From: an uncultured delta proteobacterium
Lineage (GTDB): Bacteria; Desulfobacterota; Binatia; UBA9968
Length of the DNA stretch: 64,000 nt
NCBI GenBank assembly: GCA_963771465.1
Contig: CAVYTU010000008.1
Location: 32,001 to 96,000, forward strand
Reading direction: 5' to 3'
Below, piece by piece: positions 10,168-20,520 of the stretch. The number at the start of each line of letters is the position of its first letter. Position 1 is the first letter of the stretch. Both the position numbers and the translations under genes were made by a program. The notes under the pieces are model-generated. The model saw only the letters and a program-made list of their open reading frames with translations, ran no database searches and had not been told where the DNA came from.

Positions 10168-10779
10168 CTACGGAATGATGACTCGATCGCCCGGTCGAAG
10201 CAAAAGATCCTGCTTCAAGTCACCTTTTAGTATCGCGTCATAGTCGACAATGAACTCAGTAATCTTTGTGCCCTCCCGCCGCACGATTCGAATATTACTC
10301 CGGTCAGCGAATATCCCTAGCCCGCCCATTCGCGTGATCAATTGCAGGATGGATTCATTGCCCTTAAGAGGCATCACGCTGTTCCGGCCCGTACCAGGAC
10401 TGATCAAAAAAACCTCAGCCGAAGCGATGCCCCCTATGGCAACCGAAACATACGGATCGACAGTGAACTCCTTGTATTTTTGCTCCAAGAGTTTGCGAAG
10501 TTGCGCGGTGGTTAGTCCAACGACTTGGACTTCGTTAATTAGCGGCAAGGTAACAAAGCCATCCGGCCGAACCGCTGCCCCGCCGGACAAGGTTGGCTCC
10601 TTCCAAACCTGAACGGTTATCGAATCCCCATAACCGATCGTATAAAACTCCTCAGGAGGCTTTGCCGGGTCTGGCGCGTCCGGTGAAACGCGATACTCTT
10701 GAATGCGCAACTCTTTAGTTCCACACCCGACCAGCGCTATGACCGTCATAGTAAACAATAATCTTAAAACCGTACGCAT
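10168..10779 (-). CDS. Polysaccharide export lipoprotein (Wza/OPX family)
   Basis: AAGGAG RBS, lipobox LVGC, YTIGYGDSITVQVW, VRPDGFVTLPLI and LRPGDRVIIP motifs. Confidence 0.88.
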   Translation of the reverse strand: MRTVLRLLFTMTVIALVGCGTKELRIQEYRVSPDAPDPAKPPEEFYTIGYGDSITVQVWKEPTLSGGAAVRPDGFVTLPLINEVQVVGLTTAQLRKLLEQKYKEFTVDPYVSVAIGGIASAEVFLISPGTGRNSVMPLKGNESILQLITRMGGLGIFADRSNIRIVRREGTKITEFIVDYDAILKGDLKQDLLLRPGDRVIIP

Positions 10780-10891
10780 ACTCCTTGATCTCTCCGTTTC
10801 AATAAGTGCCACTCCACACTCGCGCCTAGAAAAATACTCGACAGCGTAAAATTTGCCGAAATCTGTATAACCCTATGGACGCTTAGACCGC

Positions 10892-10907
10892 AGCAACATC
10901 CGTACCA
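10892..10907 (-). promoter_or_regulatory. Sigma-54 promoter (-24/-12) for the wza-led EPS operon
   Basis: Reverse strand reads TGGTACGGATGTTGCT, matching TGGCAC-N5-TTGCW with correct GG-N10-GC spacing. Confidence 0.75.
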
Positions 10908-10915
10908 GGATAAAG

Positions 10916-11014
10916 TGTAAGTATAAATTACATTATAGGCGATTATTCACCCCCGCAGCCACAAAAATTATCGGAATTATAGACACATATAAGAATGTGT
11001 AAAATGCCCTAACA
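10916..11014. promoter_or_regulatory. Two TGT-N11-ACA enhancer-like boxes (PEP-CTERM-box-like) at 10916-10932 and 10998-11014
   Basis: TGTAAGTATAAATTACA and TGTAAAATGCCCTAACA upstream of the sigma-54 promoter. Confidence 0.6.
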
Positions 11015-11106
11015 GCTCTTTTCAAACTCTACAAAGGGCAGTTTTGCCTTGAGATTTCGACACAAAGCAAACGTCGAACCCAGGTCGCGACCCGGTTAGA
11101 TGGAAA

Positions 11107-12514
11107 TCACTTAATACTTGTGCTGGTGGACGGAGCCGGGGAAGTGGAAGGCACGGGAGCGCTAGGAAACGGAGTTCTTAGAACTGGCGACATGCTGGAG
11201 AACGGCTGACTTCTAGCAAGTCCGGTATTGGGCCAGAGATCGAATCGTGTAGTAAAATTCAAAAAAACCGAGTTACTAGTCACGGTACCTCGCGATAGAA
11301 GTTCGGTGTTAGCTGCCCCAGCGCCGCTGTTAATCCAGCGATATGTATAACTCAGGCTGGAAGAAAGCCACGTTGCTAATTGATACTGCAAACTGATAAT
11401 CGATTCGAAGGTCTTGAAATTGACGTCTTCGGTATCGTTATACGAGAAATTAGTGTAGGCGTTAGCACTTGCGCGCTCCGACAGTTGAATACCGAAGTTT
11501 GAGAACAAGCTCGATGCTATCGGACACACCCGAAATACCATCACTCGGGACGAGCCCTTTACGCAGTCCTGCAGAAAAGGACGCGGTTTCCCATAGCTTA
11601 GTCACCGTAATTGTGGAATTATTGGCGACGCGAGGACCACTCGAGCTTGTGTTGAGCGAAAGGCCAGTACTCGCGGACAAGCTCAATGTTGGAGTTATCT
11701 GTATCGTATAATCCTGGCCGGTAAAGTAATCATCGCCAAAGTCGAAATCGTGAATCCATCCGTCATCGCTATTACGAGATTTTGTAATCGTAGCCGTGTA
11801 TCCGGCGTGCAGATTATGATCTTTTTGCCAGTTGTAAACTCCGCGTAATGAAAATGATTGCGACCATTCGTTTCCACCCTGCGTGACGAATTTCGTGTAG
11901 CGATTAGAATAGCCACCGTAAATGCTCATTTCGGGCCGAATCTGAAAATTCCCCTGGAATGCAAAATTATTTCTCAACTCCGCGCCGTTAGTAAAATCGC
12001 TTAAATTATTCCCTCTCGTCTGTGAGGTCTGCACGCTACTTGGGATCCCCGAGGTTGGAGTTAGCGGAGTCTGAAATCCAGCCGGCAATTCCGCGGTTCT
12101 CGTCCGCCCCTGAGGCTCGAACGAATTCGACACGCTAAACGTGAGCCGCGGTGAGTATTGATAGACGTAATCAAGATTCGATCCGGCATTGCTGTTCGTG
12201 GTAAATCCAAAATCATTGAGATCGCTATTCCGGGCGTAAATAAGCCCGCTCGGACTAATGTCTAGTTTAAGCGTCGGGGTCCCCTGACCCGTCGGCGCAT
12301 ATAACAGTGTTAGCGTTGGAGTTATGATCGTGACAAAGTCATGCTCTTTTTTCTTTTCGAAGAAAATGTTGTCACTGTACATCTCACCTACGGACAAGGA
12401 AAATTGGCTCGCGAACGCAGCCAACACGTCGCTTGGCACAAATGTAAAAAGGCTGACGGTGGCTGCCAGAACAAACTCACCCCAGATCTTTGAACGATTC
12501 CTTGTGCAGCCCAT
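11107..12514 (-). CDS. Outer-membrane beta-barrel protein of the EPS export locus, split by one frameshift near 11515
   Basis: AGGAGG RBS, signal-like N-terminus, MYSDNIF..K..DFVTIITP start and alternating beta-strand pattern that continues in the second frame (FSNFGIQLSER...SSSLSYTYRW). Confidence 0.7.
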
Positions 12515-13859
12515 GCCTCCTCATCTTTCTGTAGAGCGTTTTGTTGTCTACCTCAGCCTCACCGGCGGTCAATGAAATACCACCTTTGTGCTTAATCAGG
12601 AGACTCCTCAAGTATTCCTTCTCACTTCGATCCAGCCACTCTTTGAGATTAATACCCGCTTCACCGTTCATTGCGTAATAACGATCGACCACTCGCTGGG
12701 GCGGCGCCGGCAGATCTACATCTTCTATCGATTCTCCGGAGCTTTTGACTATAGCGCGCTCAAGAATATTCTCAAGTTCACGGATGTTACCGGGCCAGTG
12801 GTAGGCCAACATCTGGTCTAGAACTTGCGGCTTCACTTGTTTGATCTTTTTCTCCTGAGCCACTGGATGCTTGTTGAGAATATGGTTTATCAAGACCGGC
12901 AAGTCTTCAAGACGATCGCGCAAAGGGGGGAGCTGGACGGGAATGATGTTAATTCGATAATAGAAATCTTCGCGCAAAGTGCCCCGCGCCAAGCAGATTG
13001 TTAAGTCGACATTAGTCGCCGCCACCACCCGCATGTCCACCTTGACCTTGCGATTGCCTCCCAAGCGTTCAACTTCGCGCTCTTGGAGTACGCGCAATAG
13101 CTTTACTTGCATAGGCGGCGAGATCGTCTCAATTTCGTCGAGGAAAAGCGTCCCACCATCAGCCATCTCGATTTTCCCCGCACGGCTTTGCACCGCACCG
13201 GTAAACGCGCCTTTTTCGTAACCAAACAATTCACTCTCAAGAAGGGTGTCGGGAAAAGCGCCGCAATTGATGGCGACAAAATGTTTCGTTTTGCGGCGGC
13301 TCAAATTATGGACCGCGCGCGCGACCAGTTCTTTACCCGTGCCAGTCTCACCGGTGATCATAACTCCCGAATCGGTCTCAGCGAGAGATCGAATCAGGTC
13401 AAAAACCTTGAGCATTTTGGGGCTTTTGCTAAGAATATTCTCGAGATTATGCTCGACCTGAACCTTCTGGCGAAGCTCCCTTACTTCATCCAACAAGCGC
13501 CTTTTTTCGATAAGCTTTTCACTCACCAGTCGAATCGCTTCCGGCTGAAACGGTTTGGTAATATAATCGCTCGCACCAAGCTTCATAGCCTCCACGGCCT
13601 GCTTGATATTGCCGAACGCAGTAATCAATATGACATCAGTATCAGAGTATTTCTCTCTGACATGACGCGCCAGCTGAAAGCCGTCCATCCCCGGCATTTT
13701 GACATCGGACACGACCAAGGCAAATTTTTCCTCGGCTAATTTTGCAATTCCATCCTCTCCGCAGCCAGCCGCAGTCACGCGATAACCCTCTTGTTCATAA
13801 AATTGCGCGAGCTGTTCTCTGAGACGATCATGGTCTTCGACTATTAGGACATTGTACAT
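12477..13859 (-). CDS. Sigma-54-dependent response regulator (NtrC/AtoC family)
   Basis: Receiver domain (SDVKMPG), GETGTGKE, ESELFGYEKGAFTGA, WPGNIRELEN and C-terminal HTH. Confidence 0.93.
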   Translation of the reverse strand: MYNVLIVEDHDRLREQLAQFYEQEGYRVTAAGCGEDGIAKLAEEKFALVVSDVKMPGMDGFQLARHVREKYSDTDVILITAFGNIKQAVEAMKLGASDYITKPFQPEAIRLVSEKLIEKRRLLDEVRELRQKVQVEHNLENILSKSPKMLKVFDLIRSLAETDSGVMITGETGTGKELVARAVHNLSRRKTKHFVAINCGAFPDTLLESELFGYEKGAFTGAVQSRAGKIEMADGGTLFLDEIETISPPMQVKLLRVLQEREVERLGGNRKVKVDMRVVAATNVDLTICLARGTLREDFYYRINIIPVQLPPLRDRLEDLPVLINHILNKHPVAQEKKIKQVKPQVLDQMLAYHWPGNIRELENILERAIVKSSGESIEDVDLPAPPQRVVDRYYAMNGEAGINLKEWLDRSEKEYLRSLLIKHKGGISLTAGEAEVDNKTLYRKMRRHGLHKESFKDLG

Positions 13860-13889
13860 AAATCACCAAAGCGTACCGGGTTCAGAACC

Positions 13890-15050
13890 TTATCCGTTAT
13901 CTCCCTGTGCGGGCGCATAGATAGGCAATAGAATCGTTACTACAGTTCCTCGTAGTTCTTCGCTCGAAACTGTAAGCGCGCCACCCTCAAGCTCAAATAT
14001 TCGAGCTGCTAAACTAAGCCCAAGTCCATCTCTTTCCCGCCGGGAAGTGAAAAAAGGCACCGTGGCTTGAGTTAGCGATTCCTGGTCCATACCTGAACCT
14101 GTATCCCGAACGATAATTTCCACCGAGGCAGGCAGGCCCGATTGAGTTTTACGAATATTCGCACTGATGTTAACAGAATCTCCAGTTCCTGTGGCATCAA
14201 AGGCATTTTGAAGAATAGATCCAAATGCAAGATCGAGAAAATGCGGATCGCCTCTAATTACAACCCCGGTCACAGCCCGCTGGAGGAAATTATTAACGGC
14301 AACATTCTTCTCCGCGAACGAGGCAATACACGACTTGATTGCGTCATCAACAAGCTCATCCAATGGAATCTCGGAGCGGCACGAAGGACCCTGGGAATAG
14401 GATGCAAAACTTCTAGTGAATTCAACCGTTCGATCGACTGCTTGCTGCAACTGATTAATCTCAGGAAGTTCCCTTCCGACGCGCCTCAAAGAGCCGAGCA
14501 AAAGATTAATCAATTGAAAGTGATTGCCAAGCTTATGGACGAACTCACCAACGCTCACCGCGTCAATATTTCTGCCCCAGATTTCGATCGAGATGGGAAT
14601 CAAACAACCACGCACATAAAAGCCCGTGCTTGAGGCAACCTTTCGCAGGCTGTGAGCCACCCAGACATGCAGCCCCCGCTCGTCGGTGATTCGGTGATTT
14701 AGGGACGTAACGTTACCCGGCGATAATTGCTCGAAATGGGAGATCAGTGCCCGGCGATCCGCCTCTGGCAATCGGTCTTCAAACAGGCTGCGGTTACCGA
14801 TCAATAGCATTGGAGAGATACCAAGAAGTTCAGAGCTATTTGACGAAACTCGCATGACCTTTCGGTCGGAGCGACACTCATAAATCACGCACGGCATGGT
14901 CGACGGGAATTCATCAAACCAATCCATTCCTTCTAAGCTCGCCAGCTCATTTACACACTCATCACGGCGCACCCCAGGCAAGGGCGGGTCAAGGTTGGAC
15001 GGTGACCGAGGATGGTCTATCTGTTTGGCCAATAGAGCGTATCCCTTCAA
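13890..15050 (-). CDS. Cytoplasmic PAS-domain sensor histidine kinase (start uncertain)
   Basis: PAS-like N-terminal region, H-box-like FVHKLGN, QNAFDA, RDTGSGM, PFFTS and GLGL motifs. Confidence 0.78.
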   Translation of the reverse strand: MKGYALLAKQIDHPRSPSNLDPPLPGVRRDECVNELASLEGMDWFDEFPSTMPCVIYECRSDRKVMRVSSNSSELLGISPMLLIGNRSLFEDRLPEADRRALISHFEQLSPGNVTSLNHRITDERGLHVWVAHSLRKVASSTGFYVRGCLIPISIEIWGRNIDAVSVGEFVHKLGNHFQLINLLLGSLRRVGRELPEINQLQQAVDRTVEFTRSFASYSQGPSCRSEIPLDELVDDAIKSCIASFAEKNVAVNNFLQRAVTGVVIRGDPHFLDLAFGSILQNAFDATGTGDSVNISANIRKTQSGLPASVEIIVRDTGSGMDQESLTQATVPFFTSRRERDGLGLSLAARIFELEGGALTVSSEELRGTVVTILLPIYAPAQGDNG

Positions 15051-15117
15051 AAGATCGATTCGTTGCTTGAACTATCTGGCATTTTTGCCATATCGGCTGA
15101 TTCAATTCAAGAAAATT

Positions 15118-15244
15118 TGTTAGCAAAGCTTACACTAAGACAATTTTAGAACACAACGGCAAGTCATTAATTTCAATTGAATTATACGTTTACTTGACAA
15201 CGGTGCCGTCGATTTCATTACTAATCCTGTAAACTATTTTAACA
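15118..15244. promoter_or_regulatory. Two TGT-N11-ACA boxes (15118-15134 and 15228-15244) in the divergent promoter region
   Basis: TGTTAGCAAAGCTTACA and TGTAAACTATTTTAACA. Confidence 0.6.
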
Positions 15245-15505
15245 CAATTGACATCTGCTCCAGATTTACAGCTATAGTGAACGTATCCAAGTCACTAAAA
15301 AACCTTAAAGATATAGGACCTTTACTGACTTCTAACGGGCGATCTCATTCGCGATCGCGTGGCGGACCGAGATCGATTATGCTAAATGATGCTGGGGACA
15401 GAGGGGGTCAGAAAGCAGAAGGCTGCGGCAGTATGGCAGTATACGGAGAATTTAACCTTACATACCATCGCCAGCTTTAGTTGCTATGGCTCGTGCTCAT
15501 CTTGG

Positions 15506-15521
15506 TGGCATACAACTTGCT
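15506..15521 (+). promoter_or_regulatory. Sigma-54 promoter upstream of prsK
   Basis: TGGCATACAACTTGCT, a near-consensus -24/-12 element ending 31 bp before the ATG. Confidence 0.8.
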
Positions 15522-15552
15522 CGTAGGGATATGGTTTCACCGATAAAAATAA

Positions 15553-17664
15553 ATGAACTGGATCATCAACTCTAGTACGCTTCACATAGTGAACCTAGTG
15601 TTACTAGGCGGCCTAGTCGCCTACCTTGCGACCAAGGTCGCGCGACATAAAAACGTGGTGTTTATCCTGATCAGTCTAATGCCACTGTTGGCGTTGGAAA
15701 TCGGCGCGTATCTTTTCGAAAAATCTCAGACCCCATTTTCCGGCGCATTGCTTATCATCACGGCGATCGTTCTCACACCTGTTACCATCGTTCCGCTAAG
15801 CCATCTAATGAGTCGCCAGCGAACCGGCCGACGAAAACCTTTCTGGATTGCATTTTATGCCATACAAATTCCACTCCTCTTGTTCGTTCTCAGCGAGATT
15901 GCCGCAGGTCGCGTTGTCGAATGGGTGACCGGGATTTTAGAGCAGCCGATAATAATTATTGAGAAAGGTTGGCGCTACTATTTCCTGAACATCCTTGGCT
16001 CTAACATACTTGCACTGCTATGCTACGATCGGACGCTGCAAAATGCCGGCGAATCGGAAAAGGAGAAACTTAAGTTTGTCTTCATTGCGTTCTTAGGGTT
16101 TACCGTTTACTTCAGCTATCTGTCCGCCAACATCTTTCTATCGTCTTACGTGTCTCAGCCAACACTCAATACGGGAACAGCTGTAGTTCTCGGCGGCCTA
16201 GCATTCCTTTCGTATAGTTTTTTCAGGTACCCATTTTGGGAAGTCAGTATCCGGGTATCTCGTCGATTGGTATTTGGCCTTTTCTCCGCGATCGCGGCTA
16301 CGCTCTACCTAGTCGTCTCAGGCAGCATCCTGGACATCCTCCGATTAGCCGAACCACAGGCTTTAAGCCTGTTATTGCCGGTTCTGGCTTTCGCTTTCGT
16401 AGCTTTTTTGCTCGTTTTTTATCTCTCTCCCAGTTGTCGTGGCGCTCTACGCGGCTTTTTGACGAGGCATTTTTTCCGCAACAAGTATGACTATCGTGAC
16501 TTATGGATGAAATTCTCCGACCGGTCGAGTGGTTCATTGAGTATTCGCGAGGTGTTGCCGCGTATAGCGGAATTTGTCGCAGAAGCAATGTTCGTCCAAC
16601 AGGTTGCGATTTGGCTGCGCTCGCCAACTGCAGACTCCTTTAGCCTCGCTCACTGTTACGACAGCGGAATGATCCGCGTGGAAGGCGCGCTATCACTAAA
16701 ACTAGCGCGCGAGTACGCGGCAGGGGGAAAACAAATCCTTTACCAGGTTCCAGATACGAAGAACTCCAATACCAAGAGCGACTTCCCAACCGATAATCTC
16801 GCGTATTTAAGAGAATTAGGAATCGCGCGGATTGTGCTGGTTGAAAAAAACAGCGAAATTTTGGCCCTGTTGGGCATTGGTCGAGACGTCAGCAAGGCAA
16901 ACTCATCGGCCGAAGACGAACCGCTGCTCGCCAGCATCAGTAATCACCTGGGCAATTTGATCTTGACCCACAAACTGTCAGACGAACTTCTGCTATCGAG
17001 GGAATGGGAGTCATTTAACCGATTCGCGTCATTTATTCTTCATGACCTAAAAAATCTCGCGACGCTGCAGAGCATGACGCTAGAAAACGCCAAGCACCTT
17101 AGCCACAATCCAAATTTTCTCGCTGACGCTTTTCAAACATTTCATCAGACGACGGACAAAATGATCAGTCTCATCGCGAGCCTCTCAGTTCAACGTGGCC
17201 AGTTTTCCCTTAAGCAACAGCCGGTCAACATACTCAAAGTGATTTCCAGCACGTTTGAAGACCTTAAGATCACCCAGCGCAACGGCCTCAACGTGCGCAC
17301 GACATTTCCGCCGGAAGACAGAGCGCCAATCATCTCCGGTGATCCAGAGCTGCTGCAAAAGGCATTCACCAACTTATTGCTCAACGCGATCCAGAGCCTA
17401 CCCAAAGGACGAGGCGATGTGGAAGTCTCGGTATCACAAGAAAACAACGGCAAAATGACGGCGGCGATCCGCGACACTGGATGCGGCATTCCTGCCGACC
17501 GTTTAGAAAGTCTGTTTCGTCCATTTCAAACAACCAAAGAAAAGGGCATGGGAATTGGGCTGTGCCATACCCGCTCGATCATTGAAGTCCACGGCGGCCA
17601 GATTCGCATTGAGAGCCAGGTGAATCTGGGGACCAAGGTCGAGGTCGACTTGCCAACGCTATAG
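15553..17664 (+). CDS. prsK: PEP-CTERM system histidine kinase
   Basis: Multi-TM N-terminus, HFFRNKYDYRDLW, GAF-like region, FNRFASFILHDLKN H-box, NFLADA and HATPase boxes. Confidence 0.88.
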   Translation: MNWIINSSTLHIVNLVLLGGLVAYLATKVARHKNVVFILISLMPLLALEIGAYLFEKSQTPFSGALLIITAIVLTPVTIVPLSHLMSRQRTGRRKPFWIAFYAIQIPLLLFVLSEIAAGRVVEWVTGILEQPIIIIEKGWRYYFLNILGSNILALLCYDRTLQNAGESEKEKLKFVFIAFLGFTVYFSYLSANIFLSSYVSQPTLNTGTAVVLGGLAFLSYSFFRYPFWEVSIRVSRRLVFGLFSAIAATLYLVVSGSILDILRLAEPQALSLLLPVLAFAFVAFLLVFYLSPSCRGALRGFLTRHFFRNKYDYRDLWMKFSDRSSGSLSIREVLPRIAEFVAEAMFVQQVAIWLRSPTADSFSLAHCYDSGMIRVEGALSLKLAREYAAGGKQILYQVPDTKNSNTKSDFPTDNLAYLRELGIARIVLVEKNSEILALLGIGRDVSKANSSAEDEPLLASISNHLGNLILTHKLSDELLLSREWESFNRFASFILHDLKNLATLQSMTLENAKHLSHNPNFLADAFQTFHQTTDKMISLIASLSVQRGQFSLKQQPVNILKVISSTFEDLKITQRNGLNVRTTFPPEDRAPIISGDPELLQKAFTNLLLNAIQSLPKGRGDVEVSVSQENNGKMTAAIRDTGCGIPADRLESLFRPFQTTKEKGMGIGLCHTRSIIEVHGGQIRIESQVNLGTKVEVDLPTL

Positions 17665-17671
17665 CTGGCCG

Positions 17672-19093
17672 ATGAGAAAGGAAAGTATCGTGAAACCAAA
17701 GATCATGTTAGTTGACGACGAAGAAAACATTCTCAAACAGATGCGCTGGGCACTGGAGCCGGACTACGACGTTTTCACGACTTCAGATGAAGGCGAGGCT
17801 ATGAGCATCTTCGAACGACAGAAACCGCCAGTTGTCACTCTCGACTTGTCGCTTAACCCTCTCAATCCGGCGGATCTCGGCGGCTTGCGGGTGCTCGAAC
17901 AAATTCTGTCCCTCGAGCCGGCCACTCGCGCCATTGTCATTACTGGGAACGACGAGGACGTGAATGCCATGCGTGCCGTTCGTATCGGCGCGCTCGACTA
18001 TTATGCCAAGCCGATTCGTCTCGAAGAACTCAAAGTGATGATCAAACGCGCGTTTCATATCCATCAATTACAGCAGCGGGTACAGCAGAGCGATCCGACT
18101 TTGGGCGACGCGTTTCATGGTATCGTTGGATCGTCAAAAATCATGAAAGATATCTTCCGGTTCATTCAGCGCGTCGCCGCGTCCGATATTTCGGTGCTGA
18201 TCTGCGGTGAAAGCGGCACCGGCAAAGAAGTCGTCGCCCACGCAATTCACCGTCAGAGTCAACGGAAGGACAATCCCTTTGTGGTCGTCAATTGCGGTGC
18301 GATTCCGGAGAATTTACTGGAAAGCGAGCTCTTCGGTCACGAGAAGGGCGCTTTCACCGGCGCCCACGCTCAGAAACGGGGTAAATTTGAGCTCGCTCAT
18401 TCAGGGACGTTATTTTTGGATGAAATCGGGGAGTTGGCGCCGCCACTGCAAGTTAAGCTGCTGCGTTTCTTGCAAGACCGAAAGATCGATCGTGTCGGCG
18501 GCACGCAGCCGATCGAGGTTGATGTCCGGATCATCGCCGCTACCAACCGCGATTTAAAAAAAGACATGGAGAATCATGTTTTTCGTGAAGATCTATACTA
18601 CCGGCTCAAAGTCGTCCCGCTCGATATGCCGCCCCTGCGCGATCGTAAAGAAGACATCATTCCACTGGCGCAGTATTTTCTTAAAAAAGCTTGCTTAGAA
18701 CACCGCAAACCTCAGATGACCATGTCACCGGAAGCCGAGGGCGCGCTACTCATGCATCCATGGCGGGGTAACGTGCGCGAGTTGGAAAATTTAGTCAGCC
18801 GCTCGGTGGTATTGAGCCCGCGCCAGGTCCTCAAGCCGAGCGATCTAGGATTCGCGCTGGATCAGATTCCAACCGACGTCAATTTGAAATTCGCCCGCAA
18901 AGCGATTGAGAAAGACTTCGTCCAGAAAGCGCTTTATCGTAACGGCGGAATCGTTAGCCGCGCTGCACGCGAATTGGGCGTGAGCCGCGTGAATTTGTAT
19001 GAGCTAATCGATAAATATGAGATTCATGTTAAAGAATTCAAAACGTTGAGGACAGCAGGACGGACACAAATCAAAGGACGGGAGGTTTCCTAA
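17672..19093 (+). CDS. prsR: PEP-CTERM-box sigma-54 response regulator
   Basis: KQMRWAL, VVTLDL, GESGTGKE, IPENLLESELFGHEKGAFTGA and HTH; directly downstream of prsK. Confidence 0.88.
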   Translation: MRKESIVKPKIMLVDDEENILKQMRWALEPDYDVFTTSDEGEAMSIFERQKPPVVTLDLSLNPLNPADLGGLRVLEQILSLEPATRAIVITGNDEDVNAMRAVRIGALDYYAKPIRLEELKVMIKRAFHIHQLQQRVQQSDPTLGDAFHGIVGSSKIMKDIFRFIQRVAASDISVLICGESGTGKEVVAHAIHRQSQRKDNPFVVVNCGAIPENLLESELFGHEKGAFTGAHAQKRGKFELAHSGTLFLDEIGELAPPLQVKLLRFLQDRKIDRVGGTQPIEVDVRIIAATNRDLKKDMENHVFREDLYYRLKVVPLDMPPLRDRKEDIIPLAQYFLKKACLEHRKPQMTMSPEAEGALLMHPWRGNVRELENLVSRSVVLSPRQVLKPSDLGFALDQIPTDVNLKFARKAIEKDFVQKALYRNGGIVSRAARELGVSRVNLYELIDKYEIHVKEFKTLRTAGRTQIKGREVS

Positions 19094-19094
19094 A

Positions 19095-20477
19095 TTGAAC
19101 CCACTGAGAAACAAACTCGAAGCGCACACCGCCACCGCTGCAGTGATCGGACTTGGCTACGTCGGTTTGCCGCTGGCCATGGAGATCGTGGCCGCCGGCT
19201 TTAAGGTCATCGGCATCGATCTCGATCAGAATAAGATCGCCACGTTGAAGCAGGAAAAATCTTATATACTGGACGTCCCGGAAAAAACCGTTGCCGACGC
19301 GGTTCACAGCGGCAAATTCACACCGACCGCCGACTTTAGCGCATTAGCGAAGTCGGACACCGTGAGCATCTGCGTGCCAACGCCGCTTAGCAAAAGCCGC
19401 GATCCCGATATTTCATTTATTTTATCGGCCACCGAAGAAATCCGAAAATACTTACACCCGGGCCAATTGATCGTTCTGGAAAGCACGACCTATCCCGGCA
19501 CCACCGACGAGTTGATCGTACCCGAACTCGAAACTTCGGGGCTTAAGGTCGGCGAGGACTTCTACGTCGCCTTCTCCCCCGAACGGATCGATCCGGGCAA
19601 CGCGTCTTTTAATACCCACAACACGCCGAAAATTGTCGGCGGCATCACCGCAGAATGTACTGAAACCGCGCGGCTCTTCTATTCGCAATTCATCGAACGG
19701 GTGATCCCGGTCAGCAGCACCAAGTGCGCTGAGATGGTCAAGCTGTTGGAGAACACGTTTCGCAGCGTCAACATCGGCATGGTCAACGAGCTCGCGCTCA
19801 TGTGCGATTTGCTCGGCGTCGATGTTTACGAAGTGATCGATGCCGCGGCGACCAAGCCGTTTGGCTTTAGCGCCTTCTATCCCGGTCCCGGCCTCGGCGG
19901 TCATTGCATTCCCATCGATCCGCATTACTTGGCATGGAAGCTCAAAGCGCTCAACTTTCAGGCGCGCTTCATTGGCCTGGCGGCAGAAATCAACGGCATG
20001 ATGCCGTCGGTCGTCGCGACGATGGTCGCCGATGGGCTCAACCGCGCATCGAAAAGCATTCGCGGCTCCAAAATCATGATTCTCGGCGTCGCCTATAAGA
20101 AAAATGTCAGCGACTGCCGCGAGTCGCCCGCTCTCGATGTCATGCGTCTGTTGAGCGAAAAAGGTGCAATTCTTTCCTACAACGATCCGCTCGTGCCGTC
20201 GCTGCGGCTCGGCGGCGCCGTGCTCCATTCCATTGAGGCCGCACCGGCGGAAATCGCCAAGCACGATTGCGTGATCCTGCTCACCGATCACAGCGTTTAC
20301 GACATTCGAAAGATTGTCGACGCGGCAAAACTGCTGATCGACACGCGAAACTCGACCAAGGATATCCAGGGCTACAAGGACCGCATCATCAAATTGGGCG
20401 CCGGTAACAACGTGCCGTCAATCTCAGCCCATGATGACGAGCATGAGCCGCTACCGGCTCGGGTAGCGGCGAGATAA
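19095..20477 (+). CDS. Nucleotide sugar dehydrogenase (UDP-N-acetyl-hexosamine 6-dehydrogenase, WbpA/WbpO-like)
   Basis: GLGYVGLP, CVPTP, ESTTYPGTT, FSPERIDPGN, KLLENTFR, GGHCIPIDP and GVAYKKN motifs. Confidence 0.92.
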   Translation: MNPLRNKLEAHTATAAVIGLGYVGLPLAMEIVAAGFKVIGIDLDQNKIATLKQEKSYILDVPEKTVADAVHSGKFTPTADFSALAKSDTVSICVPTPLSKSRDPDISFILSATEEIRKYLHPGQLIVLESTTYPGTTDELIVPELETSGLKVGEDFYVAFSPERIDPGNASFNTHNTPKIVGGITAECTETARLFYSQFIERVIPVSSTKCAEMVKLLENTFRSVNIGMVNELALMCDLLGVDVYEVIDAAATKPFGFSAFYPGPGLGGHCIPIDPHYLAWKLKALNFQARFIGLAAEINGMMPSVVATMVADGLNRASKSIRGSKIMILGVAYKKNVSDCRESPALDVMRLLSEKGAILSYNDPLVPSLRLGGAVLHSIEAAPAEIAKHDCVILLTDHSVYDIRKIVDAAKLLIDTRNSTKDIQGYKDRIIKLGAGNNVPSISAHDDEHEPLPARVAAR

Positions 20478-20520
20478 CTTAATTGCAATTCGAAGTTCTC
20501 GGCCATCGACCGCAACAAAG

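Noticed and set aside
15277-15480. 67-aa ORF in the divergent promoter region
   Set aside because: No RBS or recognisable motif; it lies between enhancer boxes and the sigma-54 promoter in regulatory DNA.
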